Shown here one piece after another: positions 57,136 through 64,000 of a DNA stretch of 64,000 nucleotides (position 1 is the stretch's first letter; each line of letters begins with the position of its first letter). The notes beneath the pieces were generated by a model. It saw only the letters and a program-made list of their open reading frames with translations, searched no databases and was not told the origin of the DNA. The stretch comes from Candidatus Saccharimonadales bacterium (lineage in GTDB: Bacteria; Patescibacteriota; Saccharimonadia; Saccharimonadales; UBA10212), in the NCBI GenBank assembly GCA_049521895.1, contig JBEKOJ010000001.1, forward strand, positions 354,717 through 418,716, given 5' to 3'. Made by a program: the position numbers and the translations under genes.

Positions 57136-59001
57136 TCACGGATGCACGTCCGGGTCGTGGATCGGGAACGGGGTGGTCGCGCTCACAGCCAGGACGGCTG
57201 AGTTCGTAACGTCCGTTACCGTCACCGTGTAGGTGTCGTTGCCGCCCGGCGGAATTTCCGTCGGAGCGACGTAGTTGCACGGCGCGTACACACGGTTGTA
57301 GCCCGCCGACGTGAACGTCGTCGAGGCCAAGCACGTGAAGTGCCCGTAGGACGTGCTGAACACCACCGTGATCGTGTCGCCACTCGGCGAGTACACGTCA
57401 CAGTAGAGATTGGCATACTGCTGCCCGACCGCATCCTCCTCCGGCTGGTAGCAGTTGTTGATCAGCATCGTCGGCGTCGGAGGAGACGGCGGCGAAGCTA
57501 CCGAGCAGCTGACACTCGCCTCAGCCGAAGCCAAGGCAAGCGCGTACGCTGCTGCATACGCTTCTGCATAGGTCGTCGCCTCAGCTGAGGCTGTTGCCGA
57601 GGCCGAGGCCGTCGTGCCATCAGAACACGACGCTGAAGCCGTAGCAGTAGCCGTCGCCGAAACAACAATTACCGGCGGCGGAGCCGTTACCGTCTTGCGG
57701 TTGACGAACGGAAACGTGTACGTCTCGCCCGCAACCGCGGTGTGCGTGATGCACGTCTGGTCGGGCGTGTATCCGCCCGTTGACGTCTCACACTCTTGGA
57801 CGACAGCTCCGGCGTTGAACGTACCGAGATCCCGCGACTGGCCGCTGGCGGCGTTCGTCGTGGACGACGTTGCCGATCCGTTGACCGATTGCGAGAACCC
57901 GAACTCACCGCCGTTGAGCGTGACCTGCGTACCGTTCAGGTACGCCGTCTTGCCAAGCAACAGGTGAGCCGTTGGCGTCGGCGGCGGAGCCGTTACCGTC
58001 TTGCGGTTGACGAACGGAAACGTGTACGTCTCGCCCGCAACCGCGGTGTGCGTGATGCACGTCTGGTCGGGCGTGTATCCGCCCGTTGACGTCTCACACT
58101 CTTGGACGACAGCTCCGGCGTTGAACGTACCGAGATCCCGCGACTGGCCGCTGGCGGCGTTCGTCGTGGACGACGTTGCCGATCCGTTGACCGATTGCGA
58201 GAACCCGAACTCACCGCCGTTGAGCGTGACCTGCGTACCGTTCAGGTACGCCGTCTTGCCAAGCAACAGGTGAGCCGTTGGCGTCGGCGGCGGAGCCGGT
58301 CCGCACTTGAGCGTGACCCAGGACTTGACGTGCAGGGAAACCTTCTCCCTCAGCTTGAGGTCCAGGGAACCCTGGACCTTGCCCCAGGTGGTTGCACGAG
58401 TGAAGCCGGAAACCGTCGTTGTCAACACGCCGCTTACCTTCTGCCCCGAGGGGCATGTGATGGAAACGGGCTTGCTGAGCTTGCGGTTGAACCGGATGAC
58501 CGTGCCCTTGCTGAATGGCTTCCAGGGAAGGACGACGACCGAGACCGAAGGCTTGAGGCGCGGATTTCCGCACCTGACCATCAACTCGACCGTCTTCTGG
58601 CTCACGATGTTGATCATGAGAAAGACCTTCACGTACTGGCTGCCGTTGTGGTCAGCAACTGGCACGACTGTTCCGCCGCCTGTGATGCCCGAGTTCGTAC
58701 TGCCCGGGGACGCATGGGGTGCGTAGCCCTCAGCACGATATTCGGACAGAACGAAGTCCGGACGATCCGCCTGCTGGGCGATAGTCATCGCGTAGCTCGG
58801 ATCCCAGGCTGCACGACCTTCGACTTGCTGCAGCGCGTGCTGCGGGTTGTTGGGGTCGATGCCGTTCGGGAACGGTCGGTACAGGTTCACCGAGGCGTTA
58901 ACCTTGGTGATGGAGTTAGTGCTGGCGAGCGCGGGGCTCGCGATCATGAGGAACGCCCCGACCACAATGGCCGGGACGCTAAGACTACGCATGACGCGCA
59001 T
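57136..59001 (-). CDS. secreted adhesin-like protein with two identical Cna-B/SpaA-like repeats, high-GC codon usage
   Basis: Start at MRVMRSLSVPAIVVGAFLMIASPALA (signal peptide); 102-aa unit (..LNGGEFGF..VQECETSTGGYTPD..) repeated twice; Cys-bounded Ala/Ser/Thr tract; no LPXTG. Confidence 0.7.
   Translation of the reverse strand: MRVMRSLSVPAIVVGAFLMIASPALASTNSITKVNASVNLYRPFPNGIDPNNPQHALQQVEGRAAWDPSYAMTIAQQADRPDFVLSEYRAEGYAPHASPGSTNSGITGGGTVVPVADHNGSQYVKVFLMINIVSQKTVELMVRCGNPRLKPSVSVVVLPWKPFSKGTVIRFNRKLSKPVSITCPSGQKVSGVLTTTVSGFTRATTWGKVQGSLDLKLREKVSLHVKSWVTLKCGPAPPPTPTAHLLLGKTAYLNGTQVTLNGGEFGFSQSVNGSATSSTTNAASGQSRDLGTFNAGAVVQECETSTGGYTPDQTCITHTAVAGETYTFPFVNRKTVTAPPPTPTAHLLLGKTAYLNGTQVTLNGGEFGFSQSVNGSATSSTTNAASGQSRDLGTFNAGAVVQECETSTGGYTPDQTCITHTAVAGETYTFPFVNRKTVTAPPPVIVVSATATATASASCSDGTTASASATASAEATTYAEAYAAAYALALASAEASVSCSVASPPSPPTPTMLINNCYQPEEDAVGQQYANLYCDVYSPSGDTITVVFSTSYGHFTCLASTTFTSAGYNRVYAPCNYVAPTEIPPGGNDTYTVTVTDVTNSAVLAVSATTPFPIHDPDVHP
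57673..58299. repeat. perfect 306-bp tandem duplication (2 copies plus about 15 bp)
   Basis: 57673-57978 equals 57979-58284; the alternate-frame ORFs at 57687-57908 and 57993-58214 are letter-identical. Confidence 0.9.
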
Positions 59002-59451
59002 CTTTAGCACTTCCCTTCTGTGATCGGGGACAAGAAAGCACAGCACCAGCCGATCGAACCGGTGCTGTGCGACCACCCCCAAGAAACAGGGGCGGAATAA
59101 TCTAATGACGAGGAGTTCGTCACCAAATTACTCCGCCCATTGCTTAGAAGGATTATGACCGCGCAACACGGAATGATCAGTTTGAAAATTGGTAGTCGGT
59201 TAAGGACTTACTTTGCTTGCGAGCCAAAAAGCTCTAGCAAAAACAAAATAAAGCCCAATAACTATCTAGCTTGCCTGTAAACAAAATCTTTTGTTTTTAG
59301 ACAAACTTACTAATTTGTTAAGGTTATCACCTCACCCACTACTGCTTCCGAAAGGGTTACTTATCTGTTACCCCTCCGTAAGAGATTCTTGCCCAGTTCT
59401 TATCTGTAAGAGCTGCGACCCACCTCTTCGCTGTCAAGCGAGGATGCCCAT

Positions 59452-59480
59452 ACTCTACCACTATACTTGAAGTATGTCAA
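59452..59480 (-). promoter_or_regulatory. strong sigma70-type promoter TTGACA-17-TGgTAGAGT pointing toward the right IR and adhesin gene
   Basis: -35 TTGACA (reverse complement of 59475-59480), 17-nt spacer, extended -10 (reverse complement of 59452-59460). Confidence 0.6.
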
Positions 59481-59646
59481 TATGTTTATGCTATATTATT
59501 TAGCCAAGCACAAGAGCTTTGATTTACAAATTCAGCCTAAAAAATTAAGATCCACCCAAATGTTTGAGCGGGCAACGCCGGTTAGCGCCAATGACAAGAA
59601 ATTGTTAGTGAGCGCAGAAAATCAAATCTTAATTTACGCTTTTGCT

Positions 59647-61068
59647 TTAGCCTGTTCTTTTACTTCTGGGGAAACTGAAGCCAAACATGCTTCCCTCGCC
59701 CTCCGTGCTCTTAAAGATGATTGCTCCCCCCTGGGCTACTATCACCTTTTTAGCCATATACAGCCCCAACCCCGTGCCATCAGGCCGCATTTTTCTAGCA
59801 TTGTCTGCCCGGTAAAACTTAGTGAATAGACGATGCTGCATACTCTTGGGCACGCCTATGCCTGTATCGGTCACCGTATAACTAACTTCTTTATCCGTCA
59901 TCGCCAGATCGGCTGTAACGCTTCCGCCTTTGGGGGTGTAGTAGATGGCGTTATCTATAAAGTTCATCACCACTTGCCGTATCTTAGTCTCGTCCAGCTC
60001 AAGTACCGGAAAATTATCGGGTTTGTGGTAAGTAAGCTTAATCTGTTTGTTGGCCGCCTGTTCATTAAACTGGCTGACTTCGCTTCCAACTACCTCTGCC
60101 AGATTAGTGGGTCTATTTTCTATGACAAATTTGCCGCTTTGTAAACGGGAGACATTGAGCAGGTCAGCTATCAGGTAGACCATGCGGTTAGCGCCATCAA
60201 AGGCATGCTGCATTAGTTCTTTCTGCTGTTTCTTGACAACCCCTGTATCCCCATCAAGTATCATGCTTAGATAGCCTTTGACGGTCGTCAGAGGTGTTCT
60301 GAGCTGGTGGCTGGCCATGCTAATAAACTCATCCTTGGTCTTATCCAGCTCCCGCAATCGAATATTGACTTTACGCAATTGGGCCAGCACTTGCTGATTC
60401 TCCTCAAACAGCATTTTGTTATCAAAAGCCACGCCAACAGCTTCGCCCAACCTGTTAAGCAGCATAGAGTCAAATTCTTCCAAATCGGCCAAGGGGTGCA
60501 GGAAGCCAGTAGCCATAATACCTACCAATTTCTGACGGGTTTGTAGTTTTACTAAATATAAAGAATGGAGGGGTAATTTTAGGCGTATTTCCTCAACTTG
60601 TTCTTCTGTCGTGTGGAGTATACGACCAAGGCGTTTATTGGGGTGGCTATCCAGCTGTATAAGTTTGTTCTTTTTATCAGAGCGGAACCAGTCCATGTTG
60701 ACATTAATACGTAATCCAGATGAGTCGGGTAAGCTATTATCTATACCGGTTATCTTCTTGATGCCCAGCCCATAGATTTCCAACTCGCGAGGAAAGTGCT
60801 CGGAGTATCCCATTAAAGCCACAAAGGGGTAGTCAGTTAACTCGACTATGGAGTTAGCTATTTGGCTACTAAGTTCTTTTAGGGTGGATTGGGAACTAAG
60901 AACGAGGTTATCAATAGTCCTTAAAAGTGACAGGATACGGTTAGTGTCGGCTAACTCCTTATTGCGGCGATACATCTCCTGGGTAATATGCTCCAGGTCC
61001 CGCTCCAATTGTTTTTTACGCCCAAAGGTATGCTTAAGAGGTTTGGCTTGGGCTTCTTTCACCGCCAT
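59647..61068 (-). CDS. cytoplasmic sensor histidine kinase
   Basis: H-box SHQLRTPLT, N-box, G-boxes DTGIGV and GTGLGL; GAF-like N-region; no TM segment. Confidence 0.85.
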   Translation of the reverse strand: MAVKEAQAKPLKHTFGRKKQLERDLEHITQEMYRRNKELADTNRILSLLRTIDNLVLSSQSTLKELSSQIANSIVELTDYPFVALMGYSEHFPRELEIYGLGIKKITGIDNSLPDSSGLRINVNMDWFRSDKKNKLIQLDSHPNKRLGRILHTTEEQVEEIRLKLPLHSLYLVKLQTRQKLVGIMATGFLHPLADLEEFDSMLLNRLGEAVGVAFDNKMLFEENQQVLAQLRKVNIRLRELDKTKDEFISMASHQLRTPLTTVKGYLSMILDGDTGVVKKQQKELMQHAFDGANRMVYLIADLLNVSRLQSGKFVIENRPTNLAEVVGSEVSQFNEQAANKQIKLTYHKPDNFPVLELDETKIRQVVMNFIDNAIYYTPKGGSVTADLAMTDKEVSYTVTDTGIGVPKSMQHRLFTKFYRADNARKMRPDGTGLGLYMAKKVIVAQGGAIIFKSTEGEGSMFGFSFPRSKRTG

Positions 61069-61086
61069 ACGCTACTCCATCCCAAT

Positions 61087-61368
61087 TTAAGCTACTAAAG
61101 TTTTTGGTAGCTCATTTTGGGGTAATTGATCAATCAGGGAGCTTGCCGCTTCGCGGCAGACTTCGACGGAAACACGTCCAAAAATTTTCTTGTATTGTTC
61201 TACTAAGTCATCGATAACCTTAGTGCCGTTACCAGACACGGTAACATGGTGCTTATCCCAATCTAGTTTCAGGTTATGGACATGCTGAGCTTGTTCAATC
61301 GCCACTGGACCTATAATAGACTCCTGGTGTTTAATAATTTGCTCGACTATCTGTGAATAAACGTCCAT
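61087..61368 (-). CDS. small hypothetical protein between the membrane protein and the kinase
   Basis: 93 aa from MDVYSQ; the start overlaps the upstream stop. Confidence 0.45.
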   Translation of the reverse strand: MDVYSQIVEQIIKHQESIIGPVAIEQAQHVHNLKLDWDKHHVTVSGNGTKVIDDLVEQYKKIFGRVSVEVCREAASSLIDQLPQNELPKTLVA

Positions 61369-61369
61369 A

Positions 61370-62209
61370 TCAGACTCGCCCCGGTGACCCAATGGACTTT
61401 GCTCGAGAACGCAACTCGCTATACGTCATATAAAACTTGATCATCGCGGCGGTCATTACGAAATAGGATATGAAGTAAAACAAGTCGTCAAATTGACCCC
61501 CTAAGTACGTGCCCCTATTGCTCTGGTACAGGAATGTAAAATCAGATATGTATTGCAAGAATAGTGCCAGCATAACCACTATGATTCCAGCCCTCATAAT
61601 TCCTCCTAGCAGTTTTCTAGACAATAAATACGCGGTAATAGCCAAGGAAATGTAAGTAGCGTCACCTATGGGATAGCCAAGATCCAGAAAAACCGTGAGA
61701 GGCTTATGCCAGTCATATTGATGATTGTGTAAAAATACCCAATAAGAAATTGCCAGTAATATAGCGGGGACCAGAATAGCTATAATCTTATACCTGTTAG
61801 TTTTAAGCGAGAATTTAACTCCAGCTGCTTTGGCCAAAAAAACTCCTCCACAGATATACGACAGCGTGCTACCAAAATAAGCCACATCACCCCAGGAAGG
61901 GTAAGGAATCTGTATTTTGGAAACGTAGTTATAGTAGGTGAATATAAGCTGCCCGGCTTCTTGGGCAAAAAGCCCTAAAGCGAAAAACATCAGAGCTTTT
62001 CCGAGAACTGTTCTAAACCCTCCCCACTGGCGTGCGGTAATAAAACCGATGATCGCCCCTACCAAGGCCATAAGGCCATAGGTGTAGCCAAAGCGCTGCA
62101 CCGACAAGCCTTGGTTATGCACGACTGATTGGAAACTTATCCACCAGACAAGATAGGCAAGAAAAAATAATGTTATAAGTATCTGAAGTTTGTTTTTTAG
62201 TATACTCAC
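61370..62209 (-). CDS. polytopic membrane protein (about 8 TM), possible sensor partner of the kinase
   Basis: 279 aa, strongly hydrophobic, first gene of the three-gene minus-strand unit. Confidence 0.55.
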   Translation of the reverse strand: MSILKNKLQILITLFFLAYLVWWISFQSVVHNQGLSVQRFGYTYGLMALVGAIIGFITARQWGGFRTVLGKALMFFALGLFAQEAGQLIFTYYNYVSKIQIPYPSWGDVAYFGSTLSYICGGVFLAKAAGVKFSLKTNRYKIIAILVPAILLAISYWVFLHNHQYDWHKPLTVFLDLGYPIGDATYISLAITAYLLSRKLLGGIMRAGIIVVMLALFLQYISDFTFLYQSNRGTYLGGQFDDLFYFISYFVMTAAMIKFYMTYSELRSRAKSIGSPGRV

Positions 62210-62312
62210 CCTGTTTTTATTATCCCTGCCGGAAAACTGATGTCAAGGATGTAAACATAAGCATCTCTATACGTTTTGCATACGCTGGGGCGCGTTTTAT
62301 ACTTTAAATCAG

Positions 62313-63239
62313 ATGACTTTACCCGACTTTCCGATGTTCGCTAAGCTCAGTCTTGAAGATAAGGAAGATTATAACAAGCTCATTAGGGGATTCCCGCCTT
62401 TTTCGGACATCTCTTTTACCAACCTGCATATCTGGTGGAACTTGGACGGCCGCTTGTCTGCTTCTATCCTGAACCAAAACCTAGTACTCAATTACCGCCT
62501 GCCTTTCGATAAAGAAAATTCTGGCTACGGTCTAGTCGGCAACCACAACATAGACGAGTCAATCCAAACAATATTTGTCTACCTGCGCCAACAAGGAAAA
62601 CCAGTCAAACTAGTCCATATACCGGAATTCGTGGTCGAAAAAATCACGGATATATCGAAGCTGGATATAGTAGAAGAGTTGGACTTCCATGAATATATTA
62701 TGAGTAGTCAAGACCTAGCTAGACTGGAAGGCAGCGGCCATGCCTATAACAGGAAAAAGGTTAAACGTTTCATAAGAGAAACGCAAAATAAAAAAATTCA
62801 AATAAAAAGTCTTGGTTTGTCTTCTGAGGAAAACACACACCTGATATTGGCCTCTTTCCATGATTGGCAGAAGAAATTCGCTGACAAGAACGACCCTAAA
62901 CGCACCGAGAACTTGGCAATCGAAAGAACATTGACCCATTCCCAAGCGCTCGAAACTAAGAATCTATGTCTATTTATTGACGGAAAGCTTAGCGGATTTG
63001 CTCTTTATCACCTGACGATAGATAAACAGTATTATATAGTTAACCATCTCAAGGTCGATTACAGTATTCCGCGTATGTATGACTACCTTACTAATCAGTT
63101 AGCAATTAAAGCCGCTGATGAAAATGTGCCCTTTCTTAATATAGAGATGGATTTAGGGATCGAGGGGCTGAGAGAACACAAGATGGGCTTACGGCCAATT
63201 AGATTTAATAAAAAATATACTGTAAAGCCGCTAAACTGA
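62313..63239 (+). CDS. DUF2156-like (lysyl-phosphatidylglycerol synthase C-terminal/GNAT-fold-like) protein
   Basis: 308 aa; N-terminal pattern (SFTNLHIWW) recalled from this family; low certainty. Confidence 0.45.
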   Translation: MTLPDFPMFAKLSLEDKEDYNKLIRGFPPFSDISFTNLHIWWNLDGRLSASILNQNLVLNYRLPFDKENSGYGLVGNHNIDESIQTIFVYLRQQGKPVKLVHIPEFVVEKITDISKLDIVEELDFHEYIMSSQDLARLEGSGHAYNRKKVKRFIRETQNKKIQIKSLGLSSEENTHLILASFHDWQKKFADKNDPKRTENLAIERTLTHSQALETKNLCLFIDGKLSGFALYHLTIDKQYYIVNHLKVDYSIPRMYDYLTNQLAIKAADENVPFLNIEMDLGIEGLREHKMGLRPIRFNKKYTVKPLN

Positions 63240-64000
63240 AAGTTGTCTAAAATTAATTGTTCCTAAACCCTTACCCATCGAGTAGTCTATCCGTAGTTTA
63301 AATTTGTGTGGTCCTGCTACTGGGTCTATGTAGAGTATTTTTGGCCCATTAAAGGCATTGGTCGCACCAAGCAATACACTAGAGGTCAAATGTGCCATTC
63401 CGCTCAGCTCAATACCGTTAGCCTGCTTGCCGGCCGGTATGTCAATATCCAGTGTTACATCTACGTCGGGGCTGACTATCTGAGATTGAAAATCAAAATA
63501 GCCTAGGCTTTGGGGCTCGGTAATATCTTGCTTTTTTACCTGCTCCCAGCCGTTTTTGGCATCTGAATAGTACGGCCAATCGTGCATGGGGGCCATTATT
63601 TTATAACCATAAAAAGAATTATCAATATCTACCAGCTTTATGAAAGTTTCGTAGCCAGCCGGCAAAACTTTGGTTTTTCCGCCTATTACCCCTTTGCGCC
63701 GGAGTTCGTTCATCACCTTTAGCTGCATCTCTTCCAGGAGGCCGGTCTCGATGATTTCAGCCAGGACCACATCTGCATTCATTGGTAACTTGACCTGTAG
63801 GGCATCGCCTTCTACTATCTCAATAATATCTTCTAAGGAATTTGCCCTGACGCTCTGCCTGAGTGATTCCGCCAAAAAATGGTCAATTTCGACTGCATAG
63901 ACTTTCTTAGCGCCGGCCTCGGCAGCAAAAAAAGCTAAAATACCCGAACCGGAACCGATATCTACAGTTATGTCGCCCGGTTTTACGGTTTCTAGAATCG
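63231..64000 (-). CDS. class I SAM-dependent methyltransferase (PRMT-like), 5' end outside the window
   Basis: The frame stays open to the window edge: ...GDITVDIGSGSGILAFFAAEAGAKKVYAVE (motif I); beta-barrel-like C-domain. Confidence 0.65.
   Translation of the reverse strand, partial: ILETVKPGDITVDIGSGSGILAFFAAEAGAKKVYAVEIDHFLAESLRQSVRANSLEDIIEIVEGDALQVKLPMNADVVLAEIIETGLLEEMQLKVMNELRRKGVIGGKTKVLPAGYETFIKLVDIDNSFYGYKIMAPMHDWPYYSDAKNGWEQVKKQDITEPQSLGYFDFQSQIVSPDVDVTLDIDIPAGKQANGIELSGMAHLTSSVLLGATNAFNGPKILYIDPVAGPHKFKLRIDYSMGKGLGTINFRQLSV

Larger units (their letters stand above)
56978..59269. mobile_element. inverted-repeat-bounded 2.3-kb high-GC cassette (candidate non-autonomous mobile element or invertible segment)
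   Basis: 16-bp perfect IR CTAGATAGTTATTGGG (56978-56993) / CCCAATAACTATCTAG (59254-59269), 24/26 when extended; the interior is about 58-67% GC versus 43-50% in the flanks (hand counts of single lines); no transposase present. Confidence 0.4.

Noticed and set aside
57673-58299. Diversity-generating retroelement template/variable repeat pair
   Set aside because: The two 306-bp copies are adjacent, in-frame and identical, with no adenine-specific differences. No reverse transcriptase is in the window.
57222-59007. Arg-rich ORFs in alternate frames or antisense to the adhesin gene (e.g. 57687-57908, 57993-58214, 58102-59007)
   Set aside because: These are typical shadow ORFs of a high-GC gene. 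They have no start context, and the 621-aa frame has a signal peptide and domain repeats.
59290-59445. SRP (4.5S) RNA, because of CC-UUUC-GG-AAGCAG resembling the helix 8 apex
   Set aside because: The flanking arms do not pair into the required long hairpin, and the conserved 5'-side loop residues are absent.
59467-59829. 120-aa plus-strand ORF
   Set aside because: It runs antisense into the kinase 3' end and across the minus-strand promoter, and has no SD.

Overview
The window is gene-dense with mid/high-40s % GC. Long co-directional minus-strand gene arrays, compact housekeeping genes, many tRNAs, a tmRNA, type IV pilin-like paralogs and a divergent F-type ATPase operon look like a reduced Patescibacteria/Saccharibacteria-type chromosome. 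That taxonomic guess is inference only. Recognisable housekeeping genes include dac-type PBP, uvrC, uvrA, sbcB, obg, mltG, ruvX, ftsA-like, alaS, mnmA, atpFHAGDC, a cysteine desulfurase, tatD, metG, uppP, marR, rsmA, pcrA/uvrD, tpiA, pgk, secG and rplY. There are nine tRNAs and one tmRNA. Five observations stand out. (1) A three-copy family of ~165-nt GC-rich structured RNA-like elements whose helices keep pairing while changing sequence, and which I cannot assign to a known family. (2) A conserved structured 5' leader ending in GUUCCGACGA immediately upstream of tRNA-Leu, tRNA-Phe, tRNA-Cys and the tmRNA. (3) A 20-bp palindromic box in front of marR with near-identical copies 46 kb away and inside two unrelated genes in different reading frames. 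(4) Two compositionally foreign high-GC segments. One is a secreted adhesin-like gene bounded by ~26-bp inverted repeats and carrying a perfect 306-bp tandem duplication. (5) A pilin-paralog cluster at the 3' side of tRNA-Gly, interleaved with a repeat family that begins with a copy of the tRNA 3' end. No CRISPR array, rRNA, transposase, integrase or reverse transcriptase was seen. All product calls come from motif reading by eye. No database search was run.
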